A DNA stretch of 64,000 nt from Marsupella aquatica (taxonomy: Eukaryota; Plantae; Marchantiophyta), in contig OZ316892.1 in assembly GCA_973895155.1 (NCBI GenBank), forward strand, positions 21,143,619 to 21,207,618. Reading direction: 5' to 3'. The first letter of the stretch is position 1. Every line of letters starts with the position of its first letter. The notes beneath the pieces were generated by a model. It saw nothing but the letters and a program-made list of their open reading frames with translations, made no database searches and was not told where the DNA came from. This document shows positions 1-14,119 of this stretch, piece by piece. The position numbers were made by a program, and so were the translations under genes.

Positions 1-771
1 GTCGACCTGGGGTGTTGCTCATAGCGAGCAAGGATTTCAGTGGAAATAAATAATTTGTAGGTTGTGTGGATGCTGCATTTGTCATCAGAGTGAACGCCGG
101 CATCCTTGATGGTGGGTTCTTAGACAGAACCAAATGCTTATTTCTTGGAATTATTGAATGTGGAAAACTTGTTGGAAGTTTGGCGTCGTTGGCGCTATGA
201 TTCAGTGTGTTTTAGTGATGAAGGTAACCAAATAGCCCTAGAATTGTCATACTCTCTGTTGCTTCGAGTTGCCAGTGCTAGAAGCTGGCAAAAACCCTAC
301 CCCTTCTCGGAATTAACAGTTCAGCACGTAGGAATCATGTTGTAATTGAAAGCAGTGCCTCCTCAAAAAATCATTGGCATCAAGCTTTTCTTTTCTCGTC
401 TCATTCTAAGCAAGGAATGGTATTCGCTGGCATTGTAGACTTGCAGCTCCTTCTGCGCATACGAGACCCTTGAATCAACAGAGGGAGAAATGCATGAAAA
501 GCTCCGTTTAAAAAGTCTACTTGCTTGACTCATAAAGACAAGATCCCCGAACAAGTTCACTGCCATATCGCCGTCGATACAAACTTGTTTAAACAACTAG
601 GTGGAGGAGGTGGCTAAACTCCCTGTTCCGAAACTGCTGCAGAAAGAGGATGCGGAACTAGTTCTGGAACATTTTGACATGGGGACAAGGGGATGATGGC
701 ATGGAAGTCGGAGCAGCAGCAGGAGGAGCGGGGGAAGGCGATTGGGCGATCTGAATGAGTCGAGCTGGTTC

Positions 772-3700
772 ATGCATTTTTTTGAAATGTGTGCCAGAAG
801 TGTGTGCTGCACAGCTTCTACGACCCTGTCTCCGTCACCTTGTGTAGGGCGTATTGTGACCTCGCAGTTATGCAGACCCATTTCGTCGGCCCGGAGGGCG
901 ACATTTGAGCAAGTTTTAACTTTACAATATCCATCACTATTGTCGAGTAGGGCATTTTCTCGGCCACGGCGATGGTTTTTGAGTACTTCGACGTCGTGTG
1001 GAAGTGTTTCGCCTTCCTTGTCATGTTTGAGAGGAGCCCACAATCCCTTGAGCATCCGATTCTGCCGAGTTTTGAATGCGGATGCGAATCCTGAGGTTGA
1101 GGTTGAGGTCGATGCGGAGCCTGAGGCAAATGGACATTCTTCGGAGGTTTTTCCCCTCATCTTTCTATTGTGTTCAGTTTTGCTCTTAGTCAATTACATT
1201 TAACGAGCTTGTGGTAGTCTAGCTACCTTATTCATATGAATTCTGTCTTAGACCGCAGATTTACCCATGAGATATGTTGTTATGTGTCCTTTACATCATC
1301 AGTGTAGCATTGAGGGTTTCAAGCTTCACGCTGTACCATAAACGAAGGCTTCCCGTCACATAGAAATGAGGATGGTAGTCATGGGCTCATCAAAGTCCGG
1401 GCTCGAAGGGATGGTAATAGAAGAACTTTTTCATTATTGGATGTCAAGGGATTAATGAAAAGAATTAATCTGAGTACTCAGGATAATGTGAATATTGTTC
1501 GAGCGAACAACTGCTAGGTTTAGTACAGACCTCCTTCAGGAAAGTGGTTGCTGTAAGTTATGACTAACATCCTTAAGTCGTTTATCTCTTGCTTTAGGTT
1601 ACAGATTTCGCGTCGTGTCGGTAGTCGAGATCTTTCCAATGAGTACTTTGATTACTATCGTATTGGATTAGGGAAAATGTTCCCATCCTCTGCTTGCGAA
1701 CCTACCCTCTTAGTATAGCCAACTGTGGTCTGAATAGATCGGGCATCGCTTGATAAATAGCGTACAGACTTACAAGTTCACAGGCTTGCTGGGACTTGTA
1801 ATGTGTCTCTTCTAGTGTTGGCAGATGCACTTGATACATTGCTTTTACTTAAGGCTCCGAGTAAGAGTTTGCGGATTGGTGGTTTATCTCAGGTAGAACT
1901 TTGGACTGAAAGCGAGGAGAAAGATGTTGCATCTCACATAGAGCAGGTACAACATCAAGAGCAACAACAACAGAAACAGAAGAAAATGCTCCAGAACAGA
2001 ATTGTCTTTGGAGCTGGGATCGGAGCAGGGTTTTTAGGAATTGTTCTGGCAGGAGGATGGGTTTTCACTCTGGCTTTTTCATTGGCCATATGGGTAGCAA
2101 CGGGAGAGTATTTTGAGCTAGTCAGAAGCAAGGACAATGTTGCAAGCGGCATGACTCCACCACCACAGGTAGCAGCAAAAGCTTGTGCTGCTATTTGTTC
2201 GCTTATGCCAATTATGACATTGTAAGTGCCATTCATCAAGTTTCCTGTAATACGAAAATAGGAAAGAGGATGATAGTTCGAATGAATGATTATAGTTTAA
2301 ATCCATTTGGCTTCACACTTGCAATCCTTACGATCGGATGATTAGCTGGTGAGCGAGTGAAAGGAATTAACATTGTATGGGGCAGCGCTATAAGGACAAT
2401 TGAAAATAAATGAGGCTAGCGATGACTTCAGTGAACTTTAAATAAATGAAGATGAAAGCTTGAAGGGGCCTGTGACCCTTTACGGAGCCAAGAATTCAAT
2501 GCGTGTAGATAGGTGACTACGAATTTTCTGAATTAGTGTCTGGAGTAATTCACAGAAACGTTGTGATGCCAGAATCCGAACTAATTCATTTGTAGCCGAT
2601 GGATTTGGGCCCTTATAGTTCATGGTGAATGATCTGCCAACATCTCTTTGCGAATTTATTATATTTGCAGGTATTTTGGTGGGCGTATGGGTGTGGTTGT
2701 CACCACCTCAGCATTTGGTCTCGCAGCAGTGCTACTGCTGCAGAAGGGCCCTCGATTTTCTCAGCTTACGAGTGCCATTTTTGGTCTTATTTATTGTGGA
2801 TATCTTCCCAGCTTCTGGATTAAGCTGCGATGTGGGCTTGCTGTTCCAGCACTTAATACAAGTTAGCCTCTACTATGCTTACTCTTGATGTCACTGATCA
2901 ACTGCTTCCTGTTCCGTACGGTATAATCTGCTGAAGCATGCCTCACTGATCAGCCTGGAGCATTGTCACATCGCTGTAGGGGTCATTTTTTTTGCCGAAT
3001 TAAGAGTATCTCCCTTGCACCTGGATCTGCAGGGGTAGCAGCAGGGTGGCCTATACTATTTGGAGGACAAGCTCATTGGACAGTGGGTCTGGTGGCTACC
3101 ATCATTTCTTGCTCTGCCATTGCTGCGGCTGATACCTTTTCTTTCCTTGGTGGCAAGGTATGATTTTTTTGCGACCGTTCGTGATATTCTTTTGTCGACG
3201 AATTGCGTCTCATGTGGCCAAATGCAAGTCCGCTAGATTGTTTGATCATCTGTACGTTGATATTGTTTTGGGAAAGGGATGTGATATCTCCTACTCGCGT
3301 GGCTCGTTTGTTGCAGACATTTGGAAAAACCCCGTTGATTGCTATAAGCCCAAAGAAGACGCTGGAAGGGGCTGCGGTGGGTTTAAGCTGCACCGTTGCA
3401 GTTACTATTTTACTTTCAAAGTTGCTTCAGTGGCCTTCTTCGACTCCAAGGTTTGATTCCACTCTATTCATGATCAGTTTGTTTGTCTCTGTAGCAAATG
3501 TAAGTATGACTGGGTCATATGCTAGTTGATGCATTCGTATATTCGTTGATACCTGTTGAGGTAGTTCCTGCATAAGGTTATTGAATCAGATTTTAACAAA
3601 GGCAAGTGTTCTCAGGAATCCGACGTGCCCTGAAATTCTTAATAAGGTTGATGCAGAAATTGTGGTTTATTTTCTGTTGATTAATTGAAGATTATGGATT

Positions 3701-4319
3701 GTTCTCTGATATTTGTGAATGCTGTGGTGCTTGATAACTGGATGGCCTCTTTCAATCATCAGTGCTGCAGTGCTGGCTGTCCTTGTGTTTATGGCATCAC
3801 TCTTTGGTGACTTGACGGAGTCTATGATCAAGCGCGATGCTGGTGTGAAGGACTCTGGAAAGTTGATTCCTGGGCATGGTAGTAGTCTGTCTTTGCCTTC
3901 CTTGTTCCCATTTGTAACAATGCATACCTGTTTAGGACGTTGATCACGTTTTTGTCTCCGCTGAAGAGTCTGTCAAACCATTTCAATACATTGTTATGAA
4001 AGTGGTTAAGCATCTTACCCTCTTCATGATCCAGCCGCGGTTTTCGTGACCTCCTCACCGGTGGTTAGAGAGAATTTCCATGAAATTACATATTTGTATT
4101 TGTTCTAGTTTTCTGAACCTCGGTCCTATATTCTTGGGCGACTATTTCAAGAAGCTTGCGCAGTTCGTGTAGAAACGCGCTGTTGATGTTCACCCTCTTG
4201 CTGACACCTTTCCTATCGAATTGACAGGTGGAATTTTGGATAGAGTTGACAGCTATATTTTTACTGGAGCTTTGGTGTACTCCTTTGTGAAGATTGGATT
4301 ACCGTTGTTTGGAGTTTAG
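772..4319 (+). CDS. Phosphatidate cytidylyltransferase (CDP-diacylglycerol synthase), plastid CDS4/5-like, 7 exons
   Basis: Phase-consistent GT-AG exons: 772(or 787)-1146, 1893-2221, 2671-2861, 3033-3157, 3317-3450, 3763-3878, 4228-4319. CTP_transf_1 signature motifs [28 protein letters not shown] and [33 protein letters not shown]. Exon 1 is Ser/Arg-rich like a transit peptide. Start codon uncertain. Confidence 0.93.
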
Positions 4320-5738
4320 GCCCCTTTTAAAGAAAAGAGGGAAGGCAATTCAGGCAAGAATCTCGCAGAGCGCGACTCTTTCCTGCTTTGAGTAGAAGAC
4401 ATTCTTTGTGCATGTATTTTAGCCTCCAACAACAGGCATCTGTAATCCACTATTCATATTTGTATTGCTCTACAGAGCGAGCAAGAAAATCTCCCCACTG
4501 GTAAATGCAGTTTTCAAGTGGTATGAAGGGGATTGTCACTTGCAACCTATTCTTACAACCGAGTGTCTGCATCTATCAATCACACATTGGTGTTCGATAC
4601 ACAATCAATTCCACAGTTATTCAGAATGAAAACTACTGTCCAGAGACAATCCTTCTTAGGTGGGAGCAAGCGTCTGGGAGCCCCAGATCTCCTGTTAAAC
4701 CTCTCCCTGGGCTGTAGTGAGAGTACATATGTGAAATTGACAGTGGTCTGCCTTTGGGCGGGTCTTTTCCAACAAATGTCGTTCTCTTGGGACTGAAGGA
4801 CGAAGGCATCCGTATTTTTTGGAGTGTTAGTGGTCGAGGTTGCTGCGGTGGGATTGACATGAGAAGCATTGCGTTTGGTGAGCTCGTCTTGGCTCATGCA
4901 CCTACGAGTTTCCTGTGTTCTTGACTAGTGCAACGGTGAAGATTTTTGTTTTCACGCAGCAGATCACAGACTTTTCTGAAATTCTTTTTCCCTCAGGTTT
5001 GAACGACAGGTTTCATAATGAGCAATATAATTGACGGAAAATTTGGCCGAGATTGCCAGATCCAATCATTTGACCCAAAAGCAAACAGGTGGGGATTCAC
5101 GGAATAACAGCGCTTTGCTAACTCCCAGTGATACCACATTCAGCCTCGTACAACAACCCAGGAACTGTGGCACTGCCAAAGTCATAGTTGGTGTTGGGTT
5201 ATTATGTAGCTCAACTTATGCACCCACCCACCCCTATTTTGAACCACTCCAGAATGCTGTTGTGAAGAAGTCTTTTAGAAGTCAAAACTGACTAACCTAC
5301 TACCTGAGGAAATTTAGAGTTTATTCACTGGTCCACTTGCTACACAATCACCACTCATGCACTGCACACCCAGGATTGAGACTGTTTGTAAAATCTACAC
5401 TTACCATATTGTCAAAAGACCACCCAAGATGCACAATTTTTTGTGTTACTCGGTTTGTGCTCGTATTGGTTTTGGTGGTATGGAAGTCACACCTAGGTGG
5501 AGATTGATAAATATGTGGTCTTGCTTTGTGTACTGGTTATACGGAAATCATGGTTATGTGTATACTTAACACCGAGTAGGACTGTACCAAAGATTTGTAA
5601 AAGTACTAAAGAGTTCTTGCCCAAGGGCATCATGGGAGATAAATGTCTCACAATAATGCCCCGAAAGACCTAATTGTAAATTTCTTCTATTTCGTTTTCG
5701 GTCAAATAGTCATATTTGACGAGTTGGTCATTAAATTT

Positions 5739-6077
5739 AGGTATAGTGGTCAGCTCAGGTGACTAGATTTGGCTCGAAGCTAGGAGGTGTCAAGCTCAAT
5801 CCTGGAGGGTGATTGGGCTATGGGATTTGTCTCTCACAGGAATGCCCTGAGAACGACCTTTTGAAATTGTAAGTTTTCTCTTTTCTTTTGATACTTAATG
5901 AGTTAATTGTTGGAGTGAGGTATAGTGGTCAGCTCAGGTGAATGGATGTGACTTGTAAGTAGGACTCTCTGAAGTTTAATAGGGGCCCTAGATGTGACTT
6001 GTGACTAGGAGGTCTAAAGTTAAATTGTGGCCCCAGATGTGACAAGTGACTAGGAGGTATGAAGTTCAATCCTGGCC
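5739..6077 (+). repeat. Degenerate repeats with tRNA-like boxes (possible SINE remnant)
   Basis: GGTATAGTGGTCAGCTCAGGTG occurs twice (~5740, ~5919). GATGTGAC...GACTAGGAGGT occurs about three times. B-box-like GTTCAATCCTGG at ~6064. Confidence 0.35.
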
Positions 6078-7036
6078 TGACAGTTTTTCTGAGGATTCTG
6101 TTTGTGCATCTAACATAGGTTCTCGGTTTGGAAAACTAACTTTAAGCAGGTCAACTGTGGAGTGCGCAATAGGTGCTTGTGGTAGTCGAAAGAATTCTAT
6201 AAGAAATATAACAAAACTATAAATCAGGGGTTTCCCTGCAAGCTACTGTAGGTGCACTTTGTACAAGAGAGGTACGTTCCCCTTGAAAAATAGAATAATT
6301 CATTGATTTTCATGAGCCAACTTGAAGCCCGATGGTGAGATGGAATGGGGAAGACAAGGAAGCTCTTCAAAGCCATTTACACAGAAATCGGAAAGAAAAT
6401 AAAAGAAGAAGCAGGGAGAGGAATTGTGGAAGGTCAAGGATGGATCCGGACATTGTTCCTGGCCATCCCCAAACAAGGATTGTGACAAGGAGATTCACCA
6501 CTTTTCACCCAATCATGAAAGAAACCCATTGCACATGGATGGTAAACTCTTGCTGCAGGCCCACTAGAATAAAATCAGGCATTGATTGCTATGCTAATTC
6601 TTTTCTTTCTTGGCATTGCTCTGTATGGCAAATTACTCGAAACACTCCTTGTAACAAAAACAATATTCTCTGAAAAACAGAACTCTACAAATAGCTCTCC
6701 CACAAGTCCCAGAGTCGCTTTGCAAAAGATCAAATTGAATGCCAATTGAGCAAACTGCATAAGGCCCTACGAGTGAAAAGTGAAACACTCATTCTATTAA
6801 AGGCCTAAAGAATTGAAACTTATAGTCACTTGCAATCTGGAGGCTTACAGGATAGGGTTGGGACAAAGTTGTAAACAACAATATTCAAGCAAATTTGTGT
6901 GTTTGGTTCAAGTCCATCCAAGCTTTACAAATCCATATGAGCTTCACAAACAATGTCCCGGTGCATCTGGGCTAAACTTTTGAGAATTGTGCTCTCCAAA
7001 CCTTTGGAAAACTATTTAAATCCATGGACTATTTGT

Positions 7037-7319
7037 CTTGGGGTCCTCACTTTTTTTTCTGACCCATCGCATGCAAAGAAGTTAAGGGTTTTTTAATTCA
7101 ATTGGGCGAAATATTTTAAGAAAATTGTCAAAGAAAAATGAGGGTGTTTAATACCCAATTATAAAAACTATTATGTTTTTAATACCAAATTTGAGAATAT
7201 TCCATACACTTAGGGATTAAAAATAGGAAATTTTTGCTTTATTTTCTTAAATTTTAGGGTGTTTATTACTTGAAAACTTTGCACTTAATGTGGGATTTCC
7301 CTTGGAGTGAGGCCCCCAG
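7037..7319. mobile_element. hAT-type MITE (family A), copy 1
   Basis: Imperfect TIRs CTTGGGGTCCTCACT / AGTGAGGCCCCCAG with 8-bp TSD CTATTTGT (7029-7036, 7320-7327). AT-rich interior is homologous, inverted, to 39435-39740. Confidence 0.8.
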
Positions 7320-8280
7320 CTATTTGTCTCTTCCTATATATTTGAAATTTATGGACTAGATGCCCATCCCACAAGGTGTAAGGGCAGTTCGAAAACTTTC
7401 CTCTAGTTGTCTTCTTGTAAAGAAACTAAAATCTGAACTTGGATACAATTTGGATCTATCTGCAAGTGCTAGAAAGGAGATACTAGAAAGGGTCCCAAAT
7501 GGGTAGGCACCAAGTCAGTGGTCTAAATTAGATCATGAGGGGGACCTGGGCTATGCTACAAATGAACCCACCATCTCTGCTAGGGACAAGGGAATATAGT
7601 AGTCTTAGTTGACTTGACCAATAGCCAAGGGGCTGTCACTCCATGCATAAAACCTTTTTTTTTGTCAATGGAATTGATACGCATTCCACATTCTTGAGCT
7701 CCTGGATTGTTTTCTTTTATTTATTTGAGCTAAAGCACTCAGTTCTGGGGTATTATAGCCCAGGACATTATTATATATAAATTGGGGAAAAACAGGGATT
7801 TCTGAGAAACTTCTACATTACTTGACTTGGAAAGATCAGGGTCAACATATAGTAATAATATATAGACCAGGGCATCATGGGACATAACACCCCAGAAAAC
7901 AAGCCCTTTAGCTCAAGTTTGTAGTAGCCATTATTGCCCACAATGCACTCCTAAGGGTTAATCATAATTTCTATCCAAATGGGGACTGTGCATTCTTCCT
8001 CATAAAAATACAGCAAATTTGAAAGAGAAAAAACACCCAGGGCATTCACTATGTTGTAAAGTCCTGTTTATCACTGCATGCCATAATGCACTAAAATAGA
8101 GTGCTTCAACGAGAGTTTGAAGGGAGTTATTATCGTCCATTATGTTCTCGTCACAGTACAGTAATAAATTTAAACATTAGTAAAAATGATAATCTATTAG
8201 GTTTTAAGTTTTTTAATACACTCTTACGAGAACATAATCCAAATGAAAACCCTCCTATAAATCCATAAATCCTAGAGCGT

Positions 8281-8433
8281 CGATCACGAAACTCATCCCT
8301 GTGCGAAAACGACGATCGCGAAACTCATCACTGTGCAATGAAAGCGATCGCGAAAACTCATCACTGTGCGAAAACGACGATCGCGAAACTCATCACTGTG
8401 AGAAAACGAAGATCGCGAAACTCATCACTGTGC
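8281..8433. repeat. Minisatellite, ~32-bp unit x ~5
   Basis: Unit CGATCGCGAAACTCATCACTGTGCGAAAACGA. It is followed by a ~75-bp two-copy duplication (TTCTCAAATTCTCTGAC...) at ~8441-8572. Confidence 0.85.
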
Positions 8434-10891
8434 GCGAAACTTCTCAAATTCTCTGACGGGAGCACGAAGTCTCGATGTCAACCGACGACGCGCAGATCTC
8501 GAGTCTCGGCCCCATTCTCAAATTCTCTGACTGGAGCACGAGGTCATGACGATTGTCAACCGAGGGCGCGCATTTTTGTATCCCATCGATGGGGAGAGAA
8601 AATCTAGGCTCGGCCCTTCTCATTCTCTGGTATCTTTGCTGCTGCTGTACGTACCCAACTACTTATGCAGCATCGAGCCGGTTGAATGAAATCACCGTTA
8701 CCGCCTAGATCATTTATGAAGTAGGTGGCTGACTGCTGTGATTGAAATCATGAATCAGGGTCCCAGGGTCTCAGACTCTCAGGGCGGTCACCGTTGTTGG
8801 CGCATGTGGAGAAAGAAGAATTGAAAGAGCTGGCCTCCCTCAAAACGCTAAAAATGGTGGTACGACACTGTGCAGCTTTCATGGAAACTCTCTAAGAATA
8901 AGGTATGACCATTCCCGGGAAGAAAGTCGAGGAGATCGATGGCATTCGTTTCGGCCATAACGAATTGTGTTTCCTTGTACGACCTTCCCTGAATTGAAAA
9001 ATGACTGTCACAGTGTTGAGAACTTTAGCTTTCCTTGGCAGCGAGTGAGCTACTTCCTACTGTCTGCAGGCCGGCTGACAAGACACTTTAAGGTACTCTC
9101 CACTATCTCTTCGAACCAGCGTTCTCGAGCTCTCTGCCGCTCTCTACTGTAGTCCCTACTTGTGCAGATCCGGCCGGGTCAATGACTGGTCGTTGCGGTA
9201 CTGGATAACATGATGACACCATGAAACATTGAAACTCCTGCAATCCTGCTAGTCTTCTTCGTCCTCAGAACGCCATATCTCGATAGTACTTTCCAGCTTC
9301 GGTCGTAGTACTGACTACTCAATCACCTTCTCGGAATCAAGAGGTGTGACCAAACTCCAAGGCAATGCAAGGAAATTAAATTGAAGAAAAGTACAGAACC
9401 AAAGATGATCTGAGAACGCGGCACATACACTTAGATCTTACTCATCACTGGATAACGCAGTGCCTTGCCTCGAATAAAGATAGGCACAAAAACGTGTCGT
9501 GAGGTTTGCGGTGGATCCCTTTCAAGGGTAGAGGTTTACTAGGTAATGATTAGAGCTGAACTGAATTGAGCTGCGATGATAATATTCGTGTTCAGCTTGC
9601 GCCAGAGTGTAACCTGAAGTCCATAACATTTCATTCTTTTGACCGAACCTGAGTGAAATGTGCTGAGAACTTCGATCAGGCTACCAAACTGATGTACGTT
9701 TCATCACCATGACTCAACCTGAATGAAATGTGTCGAGAAGTGAGGTTACAATAACATAACCTGATTGTATTTAGCATTTTATAATACTGTACTTTTATGT
9801 GAATGTACAAGTTGGTGTAGCCTGGAGCCTCAAAGCTAGAAAATCAGTAAGTGGAGTGAATTGGATGGCAATCGAGCAGCCGTAGGCCTCGATGAATACT
9901 CATGGGCGTGCTAGAATCGAGTGGTACCAGGCTCCTGTCTGGAACTTACACTAGAATCTCGAGCTCCGTTTCTCTCGTACAGGCAGGTGAAACGAAGAAC
10001 TTCCGGCGCATTGATAAGTGCGTATATGTCATGGCCCCGTTCAACGGTTCCAAAATCTCCGACAAAACTCAATTCAAGGCATCACCACCTCATGCAGCTG
10101 GTGTATCGTTTTTCCTACTGAGGACGATCTCTTTGTCATGCCGTAGGCGCTCGATCAAGCGATTGCAAGCTAGTTAGACCTGAAAGACGGTTCCCATCTC
10201 ACTCCAATGTGAAAGCACCAGTGTTTCTAATACGTAGACGTACACAGTTATTTGGTTGCTACATTGGAGACCTGAAGTACACTGACAAGAGTGGGAAGCA
10301 CTCACGCAAGTTCCATGAATTGTTTTACAATCTCCCCTCCTGACAGAAGTGCAGGAAAATGTTTAGTTGGTAGAAAATACGCAAGACTTTTCGAAATCAA
10401 TAGTTGCGTGCAGCATCAAATCTGAAGGTTTCGAAGGTCACGATAGGATCCTGGTTCGGAGCGCACGAGAAGAAAGCTTGCGGACGTCACACAGTTATTG
10501 GCGACCATTTCCAATTCAGATGCGTCGTAGCATATGCAATTTCAAGAATCTTGCATTGGTAGTTATTCTCACGTATCGTTCCTAAACGGAGAAGGTTGGC
10601 GTTGCGCTAACCCATAACTCTTCCATTGCAGAGCAATGATTGGCAGGAGAGACGACTCGAGGTGAAGGAGACCGGCGCGGACTCAATCATTGGACTAAGG
10701 TAGCTTGAAAATGACGGGCAGAGGAGACGGGTTACACTATGAGACTGCACTAATGAAAGACTTGGTGTAAGTTGTGGAAGTGTACTAATGGAGAGTCTGG
10801 ATTAGAAAGTTCGAACTTCGAACGGTGTCTGCGCGCTTTGCTGTCCATTGCCAGACGTCTCGCGACATTTTCATGGTACTGTAGGATCTAC

Positions 10892-11034
10892 AGTGACGAG
10901 GCGTTCTATGGAAGCACACGTTAATTCCACGGCGAACAAACTTTAGGACGAGATTTTCGACCGAAGCCCCTAACCTGTCCGTAGGAGCATCTCCAGGGTG
11001 ACGAGGTTTTCTATGGAAACACACGTAAATTCCA
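10892..11034. repeat. Short direct duplication (~37-bp core, 2 copies)
   Basis: GTGACGAGGCGTTCTATGGAAGCACACGTTAATTCCA versus GTGACGAGGTTTTCTATGGAAACACACGTAAATTCCA, ~105 bp apart. Confidence 0.6.
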
Positions 11035-14000
11035 AGAGCAGCAGATTTTTAGTCGATACTTTCAACGGAAGCCTAACGATCTTCATGGCACATTAATCTC
11101 CAGATAAAAGTGGTGTTTGGACGGAGAATTCCAGTCGAGGGCCATGAAACGACCATTGAAGCGAAACGAGGCGTAAAGACAAGCTCGTGAAGCCCATAAG
11201 ACTATCTGCAAAGCGAGAAGCTTGTGGGCGGAAGAGCTCCACGGCTTCGAAAACATGTACAACGATCTACAGACTGACGCCAGATGTTAGGACTTTACCC
11301 GCAATCTCGGGTCGCAAGCCATGTCTGTAAAGCCTCCAAAGCTTTACAAAGCAGTTCTTTGCGGCGAAGCAAATGAAATGAAAAGCTTCAGCAAAAGGTG
11401 AGGCTCCCTACCAGATCAACCTACTCTACACTGCGCTTTGACTCTTTCTCTGAAAAGCAATTATTGCCATGATTTTTTTGCAACTGCAATCATCATAACT
11501 CTCCTGACTCGACCCTCATTTGCTCGACGACATTATTTTATAAACTCTAGCTTGGCGCAGGACGTAGACTCCTACTGTAGGCTCGCTCGTCGTCCACTAA
11601 ACATTCTAGAGATAGCATCTCCGTAGCTCCACTAGTTGTCAGAAACCAATCTAGCGGTTGCACTCCTATGATCAGCGAGGAAAATCTCAACCAGCACAGG
11701 CGCATTTTTCTACGTACATATATACGTACAATAGTCTGCTTCAGGTCTGGGCGCTGAGCTGAGATGAGCTGAGCTGCTCAGGGCGGAGGCCCATACCACC
11801 ACCACCTGCGAGATGGCCTTGTCTGGTGGTCTCTACAATATGCACCATTACGAGGGATGCAACGACCGTAGAGCAGGTACAGACAGATGATTCCGCTTTC
11901 CAGCTAGATATGCTGCGAATTTCCGTATCGATCCCACACGAGTTTATTAGTCTACTCAGAATCTGGAGAGGCTACCTGCTTAGGTGGGTTCGCAACACTA
12001 GCTTTCGACAACTTACTGAAGGGAGAGTCTGTGTAGGCTATCCATGCACCTTCACTTTACACCGTTGCTCGCAGCGCTGTCTGGGCAGCTTCGTACCATA
12101 GCTCCAAATTTCACGCCGTACCTCTGGGTTGAACTCTGAGCTAGCGCTTCTCACCTGTTGTGGACTGTGGAGGCGGGTTGTTGTCGAGAGAGCCAGGCCG
12201 CCATTCCGGATCCTTCGTTCGAGCTTGCGATCAGGTTTTGCGCTCTTGACCGAACCTTTCTCCTTGATTGTCTGTCTAGACAGTGGTAGGGCCGGCGGTT
12301 GACTGACAGACGCAGCCTCTTCTTACACCCAGAACGCCTTTAGATGCCCAATTCTAGGCCACGCGCACGCTTGCAGACAGTCGCCACTCGCCACTCGCGG
12401 AAAACCTGAGAAAAGCTCCAAGGGGACTACTGGAGATTCGGGGTAGTTTCTCGAAAACAGGGAGAATCTGGCTACAACTAAGGCGCGATAAGGTTGACCC
12501 CGAAGGTCATTGTCTCCGAATGGCTGACTCGAGGAATTTACCGATGCTTCTATTTCAGATGTTGGTGGCGGAGGCGCAGATATTTTACCAGGTCAGGACG
12601 ATGGCGATGTATGATCGAGGGAGGTGTGATGAGGCAGGAAAGTGAGCTAGAGGTTGCTACCGGCGCATCGGCGGGGGATGGTTTAGAGTTGGTATACAGG
12701 TGATGGTGACAATAGGTGAGCTCAATCTCAATGAACCGAACCAGCTTTGCCGCTTAAACGAGGAAATGAGTTGGTAGGGGTCACTTTTACTTACTTCCTG
12801 ATCGGCGTCCGTGTCGGCACAAGTGATTGCTTAGTAATTCATAGACCACGCCAATTCGATTTTGCGGCATACATCCTCGAAGACCTGTGGAATTGTGATA
12901 GAATTTTGTGGCAGACGCTCAATTCGCCCCCTCCTTGAAGATGTCATTCCAGGAATCCAGGTGAGCTCAACTTCAGCCTTTTCAGGAGCACAAGAGCGCA
13001 GGAAACCTGAGCCCCTGTAGGGTATTGGAAGCAGCAGCAATCTGCAAGTGTTAGAGAGAGGGATCGAGGCCATCGTCAAATTTTCAGGCGTAATGTGATG
13101 ACTACGCGGATCTCGAACAGTGTATTTTCGTCATACTTTCGTTCTGGACAAAGCGTTCGTTAAAACCCTTTTTCAAATACGTTCTGTCGACGAGAGTGGA
13201 ATGGAATGCAGCAAGCGGTTGCAACGAGGCCTGGACAGGAAGTGGCATGTGGAGATCGTCCCCTACAGACTGCGGTGAAGGATCTATTTGGCGGGCAGGA
13301 CCATCTCACCAGTGAGAAACGAAAACAATATCGTAGTTACGGATGGGTGGCTCGCTGGCTACAAGGACAGTGATGACGATGCCGATGATGGATTACCAAG
13401 CTCCGGAAAAGCCAGCGCTCATGGGCAAGAAGAGTATTACTGATTAGTTTACTTGGTCGTCGACCGTCAGTCGCGGCGGATTGCTAGGAGACGGATGTGA
13501 CTTGTTGTAGAGGGAGGAACTATTGCGGCGCGTAGAATTGTGTGGCGGATGACTGGGAAAAAAACACTACTGGAGATGTCAATAGTCAGAGCAAACTGCC
13601 ACTTGAGGTTCACAGAGACGGCTCTCCGGGTTCATTACTTTCAAGGCGCCCGAATTCGGAATGCTCCTGGCTTTTTCAAGGCTGGAGGGGGGCAACACTG
13701 AAGGGAGCTGGCTCGCCGAATGTCCATTTGGACACCTAATTTCAGGGTGAGAATTGCGGGGAAGTCCAATGCCGACCACAACGAAACCCCTTGCGGATGA
13801 GATGAGAGTTACTAATTTGGAGATAGTAAACACACAAAAATGTCATTTCATTTACTTTGGATCCTCTTGTCCACTCGTTGATATAATCGTAGAATTTGCA
13901 TTGTCCAGACTTTGAGACATTCTGTTGACGACAACTACTAACCCTTTCACTTCTGCGTCTGTGCTGATGCTAGTGCGCTTTCGATTCTACAATGGTTTCT

Positions 14001-14119
14001 GAGTAGATTGTATATGATCATCCTCTTCGGCGGTTTTGTCAATGATGGTGGATGATTTTGTTGTTCTTCAGGTTTTGAGGTGAAGAAGACTCTCCAGCAG
14101 CACCGGATTTTGCTGTTTG

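Noticed and set aside
597-1193. 198-aa minus-strand ORF
   Set aside because: Antisense to exon 1 of the cytidylyltransferase gene; no recognisable domain.
8281-8433. CRISPR-like spacing of ~32-bp repeats (also 34124-34189)
   Set aside because: Head-to-tail repeats without unique spacers, no cas genes, eukaryotic context.
9000-13900. Possible gene in the GC-balanced region upstream of the carboxypeptidase gene
   Set aside because: Scattered splice-like sites, but no phase-consistent exon chain or recognisable protein could be built.
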